A stretch of 60,183 bases of DNA, the filler included, from Sluysia triapertura (lineage: Eukaryota): the NCBI GenBank assembly GCA_046118255.1. It is 4 parts of 4 records of this genome, joined end to end, with 100 filler letters (N's around TTAATTAATTAA, not from the genome) between each part and the next. Parts side by side here need not be neighbours in the genome. Positions count along the whole stretch, not along the records: positions 1 to 10,945 come from JBJNIA010191063.1; 3 more parts are not named here. One strand, written 5' to 3'. The translations under genes were made by a program, and so were the position numbers. Shown one piece after another: positions 1 through 11,045 of the stretch. The notes under the pieces are model-generated. The model ran no database searches, was not told the origin of the DNA, and was given only the letters and a program-made list of their open reading frames with translations. How positions within the stretch are numbered: the first letter of the stretch is position 1; every line of letters begins with the position of its first letter.

Positions 1-71
1 TTTGTTTGGGGCGCTAAGTAATATTTATTCTGAAAAGGGGGCGGTATGACCGAAAAGTTTGGGAATCACTG
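1..71. mobile_element. Terminal end of a hAT (Charlie-like) DNA transposon
   Basis: Ends in ...aaaagtttgggaatcactg (reverse complement CAGTGATTCCCAAACTTTT, a typical hAT-Charlie TIR), followed by the 8-mer atttaaac. The other end lies outside the window. Confidence 0.55.
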
Positions 72-1579
72 ATTTAAACATTAATTGACTTTAATTTATA
101 TATTTTGTATAAATTTTATTTAACGCAATTCTAGTCTATTCATCGCGAAATTAGGATTAAGTCACTCTAAAAATTACAGAAAATATAAACATTTAAAATA
201 ATCTTTACAGTACAACGTATATAGCTAAAGCACATAGGCTAAATCGTACATCGTACATCGCTTAAACATGTAGAATTTCAATCTAGTGGTAATGTGAATA
301 CCTTTTGTATTAGATTAACTAATGAGTGTGTTTTATATAGTATATTTTATGTTTTTACAAAAGCATCATTGTAAAGTTTAACTAGTAAAGGTTGATGTGG
401 CTTATTTTTAGAAGTAAATTTAATGAACTTGAATTTTAGCGATATTGTTGTAATTTTATAATTGATAAATCTATTCCATAAAATTTAATACAGCTTTAGG
501 AATTACAAAGCAATAATTTTTATTCAAGATTATGAAACAATCATTATTAGGACAAATTATTACGTTTGATAAAAGGTGAATTTATTACAATGATTTTTAC
601 GAAATCTAAAGATTTTACACTAAATAGACATTACTAAAAATCCTTACAGTATTTGAAATCAATAAAAGGCAATCTTTTGAGTTCTTAAATGAAAATGAAA
701 CAAATAACTATTCTATATACTGTGTTAATACTGTGTTACAAAGAGTGATAGAACAGACATTTCTAAAATTGTCCTTAAACATTTTTTGAAATATACGACT
801 TTTTACAGATGCATTCCTTGCTGATAACGAGTTGTTTTATTCATATAAAAAACTTTAATATTACTAAAGGCATTTGAAAATAGTATTATATTTTTTAGTA
901 TAAAAAATGTAATAACAGATGAAACATTTTTCATGAAAAGTTTAAAATAAATTATGTTAACAAATATTTGTTTATATTTTATATTTTCAAAAAACAAAAG
1001 GCAGTTAAATTTATAAAATGACTAATTAATGAAATGCTGCTACATTTAAATGATCATAATGTATCAAAGAATTTTTTCAAAGGCAAAATATTGATTTGCG
1101 GATTCGAAAAATAATCACTAATCACCACACAAGTTGAATAATGTAAAATAAATTATCACAATTAGTCAATCTGGAAGTGTAAGAGTATTTTCAAAACCAA
1201 AACGCATTTGCCAACATATAAAGAGAATATATCTTTGTTTATTTTAGAAAATTTTCTGTTTCTACTTTTTTATATCAAGAAAACTTAGCGTTTTTTAGGA
1301 AAACATTTAATTACAAACAAAATTAATATTTGTTATTTATTTAGCTAAAGCCTAATTTGGATTGTATGTACTAATCTGAATCTATATTTATATTCTGTCT
1401 TGTATAAAACATTCATTACACAAATTTGGAAAGCAATTTTAGAATTTAATTATGAATTTGACATTACAATCTCAATATTCATTTTGTTATATACATAAAT
1501 CGGATTTATAATAAATATTATAATTATAATTAGTGTATTTTTTATTTAATTATTGTCTTGATTGATTTACTTATTTCAG

Positions 1580-1693
1580 CTGCAGAACACTCCTTTACCT
1601 TCTGCAGACAGTGGTAATAATGATGATGACATTGATAATGTATATAATAATAATATCAATAATAATAATATTAATAATAATAGCAATATTTAA
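1580..1693 (+). CDS. Putative terminal exon of an unidentified upstream gene (LQNTPLPSADSGNNDDDIDNVYNNN...NI*)
   Basis: Acceptor ttatttcag at 1571-1579, then an open phase-0 frame with an Asn/Asp-rich tail to TAA at 1691-1693. Confidence 0.4.
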   Translation: MQNTPLPSADSGNNDDDIDNVYNNNINNNNINNNSNI

Positions 1694-2281
1694 CAAATAA
1701 TTGCAATATTATAATTAACATTTATCAGTATTCTGTCAAAATTTTTCAGTACAATATGACTCTATGTTGCATACATAAAAACAAGAGTTTCAATTTGAAT
1801 CGTTTTGTACTTGAAATAATTTTAGATGATATTTTTGTACATTTTGTGCTTTAGTATTCGTATAAAATTTTATTTACAACTGTAATGTTAAATATAATTT
1901 AAACAACAATTTTACTATCTGTATATATTGTAATTCTATTTTGCATATGAATTAAATAAAGGTCGATTAATTCGTCTTGCAGAGACATTACCTGAAAATA
2001 ATTTTGCAAATTAAGATTAAAAGTATATTTCTAAATATTAATGAAAATATGACGGATAAACTATATTTTATTTTAACATTATTTTTAGTTAGTTTTAAAT
2101 ATATAATGATATAATTTATTTGTAAGGTATTTTAAATCTAATATGCTGTTATATAATTTGCGGAAGTATTTTATCATACAGTTAATTCATTTGATAGATA
2201 TATATTCAGTAGTTTCGTAATTATAGAAATCTATTAAAGGGTCAGCATTGAAATCATTAAACTCATTTTGATGGATAATGT

Positions 2282-2418
2282 NNNNNNNNNNNNNNNNNNN
2301 NNNNNNNNNNNNNNNNNNNNNNNNNNNNNNNNNNNNNNNNNNNNNNNNNNNNNNNNNNNNNNNNNNNNNNNNNNNNNNNNNNNNNNNNNNNNNNNNNNNN
2401 NNNNNNNNNNNNNNNNNN
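2282..2418. other. Assembly gap (N run)
   Basis: 137 consecutive N. Confidence 0.99.
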
Positions 2419-2512
2419 CGATCATTTTTTGGCACAAAATTTAAAATTTTAAGAAAAGTCTTACGTTCGATTTAACTTTAGTTTAGAATTTAACTGTTTG
2501 GAAAGCGAATAA

Positions 2513-3523
2513 ATGATGGAAATGTACCGATATTTATTAACTTTACAAGAAAAATTTAGTACATTTAAAGGCATTTTATCAGATCTTGAATGTTTTATGG
2601 CTATTAGAGTTGGTAGAGAATTCCAAGCTTTTATTCCAGTTTTACCTGCATATGTATACGATTTAAATGCGATGAGTAGTTATCATGTATGGACAGATTT
2701 AATGCATGATGACTTAAAAGATGATAAAGATGTTTCATATTTACTTTTACGTAACAAGTTCAATGTTAAGAAATTTTTAATTTGTATTTACGAACTTGAC
2801 TTTAGTATGAGTAGTTATCATGTATCGACTGATTTAATGCATGATGACTTAAAAGATGATAAAGATGTTTTATATCTATTTTTAAATAACAAGTTCAGTG
2901 CTGAAAGATTTGTGATTTCGAGAATGACTACGTTACTACCAAGTTTAAAAATTTTTGAAATTGAATATCTTGAAGTTATGTCATTTAGTTTTGACTGTAT
3001 ACGTTGGTACGAAAGTATTAATAAAACTACTATTTGTTCTAAATATTCTTTTTTATTATTAAATCATGTTATTTTATTCGAGTCACCGTGTTTTATCAAG
3101 AGTAGTAAAACTTCCTGTATTATTGTCTGCGGGAATGCTGATGGGGCGTTTCGAGCTTGGAGTGGAGAATCTGGATCGTGTTTAGCTGTAACATTCGGAC
3201 ACGACAACGCTATTGAACTAATCAGGCCGTTATCGGACAGATCATGTATTGAGAATCTAGTTGTGGATACATTTAAAATAAAAATTAATTTTAATAAAAT
3301 TTCAATATGTTTTTATAATGAATTTTGTTTTCAAATTTTTAAATTAAAATATTTCAAGTGCCTTAAGCACGAATCTTATAATAATGAATCGTTGCATACT
3401 AAAGATAAGATTAAAAAGTTAAAATCCAAGAATGATGAACAAACAAAAACCCCTACGCCCATTAAATTTGTTGTGTCTTTTATACCTTATTATTTTACAA
3501 ATTATCAATTAAAAATTCAATGA
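2513..3523 (+). CDS. Intronless chimeric ORF: ELM2-like segment (partly duplicated) fused to a WD40 fragment, possibly WDR12/Ytm1-like
   Basis: IRVGREFQAFIP matches the ELM2 signature IRVGxxYQAxIP. A 135-bp-period duplication starts at 2672 and 2807. FEIEYLE and IVCGNADGAFRAW...FGHDNAI form a WD40 repeat. The low-complexity C-terminus suggests a non-functional or young ORF. Confidence 0.5.
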   Translation: MMEMYRYLLTLQEKFSTFKGILSDLECFMAIRVGREFQAFIPVLPAYVYDLNAMSSYHVWTDLMHDDLKDDKDVSYLLLRNKFNVKKFLICIYELDFSMSSYHVSTDLMHDDLKDDKDVLYLFLNNKFSAERFVISRMTTLLPSLKIFEIEYLEVMSFSFDCIRWYESINKTTICSKYSFLLLNHVILFESPCFIKSSKTSCIIVCGNADGAFRAWSGESGSCLAVTFGHDNAIELIRPLSDRSCIENLVVDTFKIKINFNKISICFYNEFCFQIFKLKYFKCLKHESYNNESLHTKDKIKKLKSKNDEQTKTPTPIKFVVSFIPYYFTNYQLKIQ

Positions 3524-3586
3524 TTAAACAAATTCAAAATCTCGATATATTCTTTGAATTATCACAAAATTACAACTAAACGATGT

Positions 3587-3977
3587 TGTTAGACTTCATA
3601 AAATGGACTGACCGGGGATCATACCCGGGACCATCGCTGCGCAGTTCGATAGCTCTACCACTGAGCTATCAGCCCCGTCAAACGATTTTATTTTATTATA
3701 GTCAATTTTACCAAATGGCACTTTAGGCCTTTTTAACCCAACATATCTCACTAAATTCAATTATGTTTGTCCTCAAATATCATATAAATCATTAATTTCA
3801 ACATCAGAATGGTATTCGATATGTGGGCTCACCAAATGTTTGACTTCATAAAATTAACTGACCGAGGATCGAACCCGGGACCATTGCTCTGCAGTTCGAT
3901 TGCTCTATCACTGAGCTATCAGCCCGTCTGACGATTTTATTTTATTATAGTCAATTTTACCAAATGGAACTTTAGGC
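3587..3977 (-). mobile_element. TRIM-like non-autonomous LTR element with tRNA-derived LTRs (LTR 3837-3977, truncated; internal 3744-3836; LTR 3587-3743)
   Basis: Two direct repeats, the complete one with TGTT...AACA ends. Each holds a 72-nt tRNA-like unit (3604-3675, 3854-3925). On the minus strand the first LTR is followed by tt-TGGTGAGCCCACAT (PBS-like), and the second is preceded by a weak purine-rich AGTGAGATA. Confidence 0.7.
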
Positions 3978-4112
3978 AGCGTCCCTCAGCTAGAAAGTTT
4001 CCTTTAATCTTCTTAGCTCTATCTCTTTTCTTTTTTCTTACTGCTTATATAGCAGTTTATGATGCTTTTAAGAAATTAAAAATAAGAAATTGAACAAGAC
4101 GAAAATTAAAGC
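3974..4112. repeat. Unclassified interspersed repeat, copy 1; abuts and truncates the tRNA-LTR
   Basis: aggcagc(g/a)tccct...ctagaaagttt...actgcttat(a/g)tagcag...aattaaaaataagaaat(t/c)gaacaaga...aaattaaagc is shared with 22342-22506. Confidence 0.75.
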
Positions 4113-7100
4113 TATTTATTCTCTTTCAGTCGATAATAAGCCAACTGATTTTACTGATTGAATTTCGACAGCAATTTCCGTATATGTACAGATTAAATCT
4201 CATTATAATTATCTAATGATAATAGGATTTGTGGTAAGCAATCCATTTTATATTGTTAATATCATCTAATTAAAATTTAAAATCATTATTACAGTATCAA
4301 TTTGATATATATTTTACTAATACTCAGATATTGGAACATATTTAATCTTTAATTTTAAATTACAAAATTAATTAATTTTTACGTTATCTACATCGACGTG
4401 CTTGCAGCACTTCATCATTAAAACCACTAATAAAACTCAACATTATACACTTAATTTAATATCATTATATCATGAGCAAACATTTTTTATTGACTTATCA
4501 AATTAAATAAATTTTAATTAAGTAAATTAACAAAGGTACTTTAGTATTTTAACAAACAAAAACCTTGATTCAGGTATTTCATATACTTATCTTATCATTA
4601 CAATTTATCATAATCCCCTATCTCAATTCTTCAATGATGTTCACCTTATTCTGTTATCCTGAGTCTTGAACCTTTATATCTACCTTTACCTTCAATAATC
4701 CCAACAAATTACTTTAACTATGCTTAAATGTTAAATGTTCTACTCTGTTAAATTCCTTTTTTTAATAACAAAATATCAGACTTCCTTTCACTTCAAATAA
4801 TATTAAGAAAACATATCTTAACAAAAATATTATGATTTTCTTTCTATTTTAATAATCAAAAGAAAGCAAATTCAAAACTCTAAGGTGTATTATGTAACAA
4901 AATAGAATAGTCTTTTAACTAAAGCTGAATAATATAATAAATAATGCTAAAATAGATATAATAAATGACAAAAAACAATAAACTTTCAATAACAATATAT
5001 GATGTTAAATTATAATTAGAATTAACGTCTAATTTTTTAATATATGATTTTAACGTTAAAATTATTCATAACATAAAATTAGAGATATGTGAATTATAAA
5101 TTTGAGTAGGAAATTATTACTTATCAAAATAAGTGAACTTAGAATTACTAACTTACAAAATCTTCTTAAAAATCAGCAATCGGTTGTCTAAATCGTTCAA
5201 TAGATCAGGAGAAGTCTTTTTAAGAAACTTGTGCGATTGTTGTTTTATATCCACACAAAATTCAGATGTTGTTAGTTTTTAATTTAATTTATTTTATTTT
5301 AGGTACCATTAAAAATAAGTAAGTTTTGATTTATTTTTAATATAGTTAAATCAAATAGAAATCCAGAGCAAGACTAATTGTTTTTATTTACATTTATTTA
5401 ATATTTTGGGTAATTATTAATTATCATCCTCTTTATAATTTCAGACTTGGGTCGTTACATTACGATAAAAATTAATATTGTATTAATATAGAATAAATAA
5501 ACGAACGTGTAACTAAAAACTCTGAATTATTATGGTGAAAATTAATATTGTAAATTTGTATATTAATAATTTTGTAATTTAATTTTCTAAGTATAACATT
5601 TAGTAAATTTTAATAAACGCAGGATAATAATACATTTTTTCAATAAATTTTCTTGATACATACAACAAATAGTAATAAATTTAAAAGTAGTATAAAAGAA
5701 GTTTTACATACAATATTTTCTAAGCGATTATTAGACAATTTTTGATAGAGATTGGTTATTTTTCAACGATCTGGCTCAACCAACTCATTATTAACTAATG
5801 ATTTTATTCAACAATTTTAATTTGATTCGACCATTTCATTATCATTCAACGACTTCAGTAAACTATTCAAATAAACGATTTATTTTAACATTTTAATTTT
5901 AAATTTGAAGTTAAAAGTAAGTCTTACCTGAATTTAATAAAATACTAAATTAACTTTATCGATAAGGAAAAAATTAAAGTAACTGATAAATTCTTTCTTT
6001 TATATATTTACATATGAAATTTAATTGTTGTAGACTAACTGAAAAATAATTTTGTTTATATGTGTCAATAAATATTTAGTTTAAAAGTTTAGATTTTTGA
6101 AGAGATTAAGTAATAGTTATAGAATTTTAATTATGAACAAAGACAAGTATTGAACTTAATCACCAAAATTAAATTCATAAAAGAGATATTTAATAAATTA
6201 AACGGGGTGTTATTATACGTTTAAGATAAAGTCACAGAGAATTTAGGTTTAAGAAAGAAACTGGTAAAAGGTAAAAAAATTAGGTAAAGAATCATTTAAT
6301 AAAAGGTTAGATTTTAGAGCTCAGTCAGTAAAGAATTATGGAAAATAAATTTTGAGTGATTTGTTAGGTTATGAGTGAAATGTTAGGTAGTCATCACAAC
6401 CCTCTAAAATCATTAAAGAAAATTTTAAACATTTAAAATTACTTTAAAAATATTTATTTTCCAAAAAAGAAATTATTTTTCAAAAAAAAGAAAATTCACT
6501 TCTAAAAATAGAACAGAAGCTTCTAGAATATTCTAGAAAATTCTGTCGATTCCCATTGGCTGATGACTAGTGTATAACTAGCACCAATTTAATGAGATTC
6601 GCCATTTTTAAATTTTTAGTTTTTTTGTTAGCCATTTTCTTTTGTTCACGACATACTTAGTTAATCTATTGGCATCAGAACCAACTTTCCATGTATTGCG
6701 TAAGATATTTTTCTAAGATCATATAATATTTACATATTGTAAACTCTACGTAAAAATTTATTGTTAAACCTTAAGTTTTCCTCATACATTGAGGGATAAA
6801 ATACAAGAAGCATAATAAAAGACAATTAAAGGCCTCTACAACTTTAACTGTAACATTGAATTTTCGCCTTTTGATATCTTTGTTGTGGCTTAATATTATT
6901 AAAATTTCTTAAAGATTTTAGGTTAATATTAATTGGTTCATCAATGTAATTAGTCTTTAAAAAAAATAAATAATTGACAATCTCAAAAAAGGTAATATTT
7001 TTTAGAAACTTTGATTTTTCATTATACTTTTTCATTATAATTTCCAATAAGTTTTATTATGACATTTAAAATTTTTACATTTTATGTTTACAATTTGTTT

Positions 7101-8744
7101 TCCTTTGATATTCCCTAGAGAATGTTTCTGTTTGGATGTAATAAAAGTCCTAAAAAATATAATAAAATAAGATTGAAGTTCATATTTCTGATTACATTAA
7201 CACATTAACAAAATTAATTACTTTTAGCTTGATTGTAATATTGCCAATTGCACGTTCCAGAGTGTTGACGTATTCAGTTGATCGCGAGGAATTCGTTGAT
7301 TTGATCAGAGATTGTAGCAGAAAAACTGTATTGTGGTGATAAGCGTTGTTAATCAAGTACAATTGGTGATATCTGGATAGGATTTTGTTGAAATTGGAAT
7401 CTAGATTCAATTTTAGCTCCTTACAACTAATAATGTCTTGATTAGAGCAATCGTATATGTCATGTAAATTGGTTTGCACACTAATTAAACTTCGTTTTGA
7501 ATCTTTAATCATATAAGGCGGTTGCAGCATGAATCGTTACCTTTTGTTTTAAGGTTGTCAACAAACACTTGTAGTGACATAATAACATCCTTGATCATGT
7601 ATATATTGCGTCTTTAAAACTTGTTAAATATTAAACTTACTATTATTATCTTGATCAGTTTAAACCTTAATAATTTCAATAGTTAGTATATCAAGTATAA
7701 TTTTATCGGGATCTACCTTTGTAAGTATATCAATAACTATTATCTCAAATTCAAATTTTTGGAATAAAAATCAAAACTAAGTGGATAATGTACTATTAAA
7801 CAAAAAATTCATAACACAATTTATTATTAATGAAAATCTTTATTAAATGCTGATAATCACTCAAATGACGATAATGTTTATAATAAAATTAATAACACTA
7901 CAATCCAATTAAAACAAAACAACCAGGAGTGACGCAATAACCAAAAAGAATTGGATATCCAGAAGTTTAGAATAGTAATCTTAAATCAAAATATTTTAAA
8001 AATAAATTGTGCAGAATGTTGTCTCTAAAATCACTTTAAAATAACTGAAAATCAAAAGTATTTTAAATATATAATTCTTAACAAAAATTGTGCAGAGTTT
8101 CCTCTAAAATTACTGTAAAATAATGTAATATTAAAATTATCCGAATTAAAATAAAATTAATTAATAATATTATTCTAATAAAACAGCAAATAAACAAAAA
8201 TTAAAAAAATTTACTCTATGCATGGATTTTCTCCGGACATAAGTGAATCATCATTATTGTCATTGCATGTCTTATTAATATTGTGTCGTAAAAATTCTGA
8301 AACCCCTATTTTATACTCTCTCATCATCCAATCAATTCACAATCTCACAACAAAACACTCTTTCACACAAATCACCCAAACCTCTTTGAGAATCAAACCG
8401 ACAATAACAACTTTGACAACTACATGGCACGGTCTGTCAAACTCCACTAGGTACAAAACATAGAAAATCTGATTTATTATCAACCACCATTTCCTTTTAT
8501 TGTACTCAATCTATTTTTACTTAAATTACTTCTCACATTGAAATAACAATCAGCAATACTGTTAACATACATTAAAATAATGAATTTAATTTCACTTTTT
8601 ATTATTTAATTAATTTTCCATTTTTCACACCCAATTTTCTAATGAAAATGTTTTAAGGTTCTTATTCTCAAACGAACAATTTCACTCATAGATTCTCCTT
8701 TTTCAAAGCAATCATCTCATATTCCATTCATCACATTTGCATCA

Positions 8745-9330
8745 CTCTCAGTATTAAAAATTCAACATTCCATAATTAAAAATTAATTAAAATTTGACTT
8801 TGCTCATTATTAAGGCTTTCCTTGAATGAATTCGGTCAAACATTCAAAAGTTATTCACAAAACTTACTTTTTCTTAATTAATTTAATTAAGATTTTAATT
8901 AATTAATTTATTTTTAGACTTAGTTTTATTTTATGTCTACTACTTAATAAAGCTATTACTTAATAAAGGCATTCAGGAGGCTCTAGAAGTTTTAACCTTC
9001 ACCTTTCTGATTCTTTTTTCTACTTCTTCATGTTAATTATTACTGTGTTAAACTTATCTTTATTATCTTGAGCAATGATTTTATTTCTCAAATATTTTAA
9101 AGATTTTAAACACTTTATAATATTACTCAAAGATCTTAGATGTTTATCAAAGTTTCAAGAATATTTAGAGGTTAATAAGGTCTTAGATGATCTCAAGATT
9201 AACAAGCCCAAAGGTACTTTAATGCCATCAAAGGTTTTTCAAGTCCATTTCAAGCTTCAATAGGTCTTTCGAACTCCAAGGTATTCTTCAACTGTTAACA
9301 CTGTTATAGATGTTTTAACTTTCATGATTC
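8745..9330. repeat. Decayed coding-like repeat, copy A (inverted relative to 10140-10775)
   Basis: Colinear reverse-complement similarity, e.g. aaggcattcaggaggct vs agcctcctgaatgcctt and aatttgactttgctca vs tgagcaaagtcaaatt. ORFs 9075+ and 10449- translate to similar peptides. Confidence 0.75.
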
Positions 9331-9489
9331 TCAATCCAAGAATGTTTATAATGTTCAATCCATCACTTTGTATCAGTTACTTCTTAATTTTGTAGTTCTA
9401 TATGGTTCTCAGGCATTTTTTGATGCACAGTAGTGCAATCCCAACATCATGGATATTGTAGAAATAGAGCAGAAATCAGATTAGCAGAT

Positions 9490-9575
9490 ATTACATGTCC
9501 TACGATGTAGTTGAGCATCTGCTAGAGGTGTTTATGCGAAGTAGCAATAAGTGCAATATCATCTGCATGAGCAAG
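9490..9575 (-). mobile_element. Non-LTR retrotransposon reverse-transcriptase fragment
   Basis: Translates LAHADDIALIATSHKHL*QMLN, matching the LA(Y/F)ADD...LQxML motif. Confidence 0.65.
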
Positions 9576-9593
9576 TTAAGGGAAAAATGATAC

Positions 9594-9685
9594 CCACTGA
9601 CTTATCAGCCCTGTATGACAATTTTGTTTTATTATAGTCAATTATACTATCATTATTCTACGGCACTTTAGGCCTGTATCCAAAC
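9594..9685 (-). mobile_element. Degenerate partial copy of the tRNA-containing LTR
   Basis: ccactga-cttatcagccc...ttttattatagtcaatt...ggcactttaggcct matches 3657-3730. Confidence 0.65.
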
Positions 9686-9699
9686 TTATTTTTTCTAAA

Positions 9700-9820
9700 T
9701 CTTCATCAAAATCATCATCATTGTCATTAATAAGAAAATGGTGTCCATAATTTAGACTTTGATTCTTCTCCAATCAGTACCTCTTGTCGTTGGATAGTGC
9801 AATCTTCTTTGATTTCAATA
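9700..9820 (-). mobile_element. Polinton/Maverick-type protein-primed DNA polymerase B C-terminal remnant
   Basis: Translates KSKKIALSNDKRY*LEKNQSLNYGHHF, resembling the pPolB tail KxALSxxDDKRY...TLA(W/Y)GHY. Confidence 0.55.
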
Positions 9821-10139
9821 ATTTAATAATAATTTTTAACTTTAAAATTGGGAAGACATTTAGATTCTAAAGCTAAAAGTAAGTCATCTAATTTATCTAA
9901 CTTCCAATGTATACCCTATTTCACTATTTATAGTATCTGTATTTGGTAAATTTATTTATATTATAAATCCATTCAAAGATTATTCGGTAATTGATATGAT
10001 AAGATAGTATAACTATCGGTTCGTGCACAATGTTGTTGAAATGTGTCGTTTTATTGTGATTACCCAACCGTAGAAGAGAAGATGAATGGGAATTGCATGA
10101 AATCCTAAGTGCATGAAGAATTAATACAAAATGATGAAG

Positions 10140-10775
10140 ATGGAAACAATTATAATTGTGTTGAGAGTTGAATATTACCTTTGAATTCCAAAGACCTAAC
10201 TGAGATGTTGAGACATTGTGGAGGCTTGAGATGGATTTGAAGAACATCTAAAGGCATTAAGGTACCTTTAAATTTATGAACCTTGAGATCATCTGAGACT
10301 TCATTAACCTTTATATATTCTTGAAAATGTGTTAAACATCTAAGACCCTCGAGAAATCTTATAAAGTATTTAAAATCTTTAAGATATTTGAGAAACAAAA
10401 TCATTGTTATTGGTTTTAAGGATAAATATAGTATGGAAAGAATTAACATGTAGAAGTAGAAAAATGAATAAGAGAGGTGAAGGTGAAAACATCTACAGCC
10501 TCCTGAATGCCTTAATAAAAGCTTTAAACATAAAATAAAATTCTCTAAAAATAGATTAATTAATTAATAATCTTAATTAACTTAATTAAGGAAAAGTACG
10601 TTTTCGTGAATAATTTTTGAATGGGGAATTCTACATTAAATTGGAAACTGTGTATGTATTTGTTTTTAAAAGACCTTTTGATGAAAGTATGGTTTGAGTG
10701 AATTCATGCAAGGAAAGCCTTAATATTGAGCAAAGTCAAATTTTAATTAATTATGGAATGTTGAATTTTTTATAC
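10140..10775. repeat. Decayed coding-like repeat, copy B; the adjacent 10805-10925 also matches 4565-4690 in reverse
   Basis: Reverse-complement similarity to 8745-9330. ggataacagaatagg matches ccttattctgttatcc in reverse. Confidence 0.7.
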
Positions 10776-10945
10776 TTAGAATTGTTGGGATTGGTGAAGA
10801 ATAATGGTATATGTATAGGTCAAAACTAAGGATAACAGAATAGGTTCAGCATTATTAAAGAATTAAGATGAGGCATTATGATGAACTGCAATGGTAAGAT
10901 AAGCACATAAAATATTTAAATCGAAATAAAATAATGAGAGATACG

Positions 10946-11045
10946 NNNNNNNNNNNNNNNNNNNNNNNNNNNNNNNNNNNNNNNNNNNNTTAATTAATTA
11001 ANNNNNNNNNNNNNNNNNNNNNNNNNNNNNNNNNNNNNNNNNNNN
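10946..11045. other. Artificial contig linker N44-TTAATTAATTAA-N44
   Basis: Identical 100-nt spacer found three times; the 12-mer places stops in all six frames. Confidence 0.97.

Noticed and set aside
3604-3675. tRNA-like sequences as functional tRNA-Arg(GCG) or tRNA-Cys genes (also 3854-3925 and 50480-50551)
   Set aside because: Anticodon stems do not form a 5-bp stem with a 7-nt loop, the copies differ from each other, and all sit in a mobile unit.
3587-3977. Direct repeats as a CRISPR-like array or a conventional SINE
   Set aside because: Eukaryotic context with only two long repeats. The tRNA part is at the 3' side, with TG...CA ends and no A-rich tail.
7192-7530. 112-aa ORF with a possible donor site; also ORFs 11064-11447 and 53482-53835
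   Set aside because: May be exons or fragments, but I found no recognisable motif or consistent partner exons, so they are not called.
10990-11001. Recurrent palindrome TTAATTAATTAA inside N runs (also 38132 and 49351)
   Set aside because: Identical 44N-12-44N geometry and six-frame stops mark an assembly spacer. Adjacency across these points is therefore not trustworthy.
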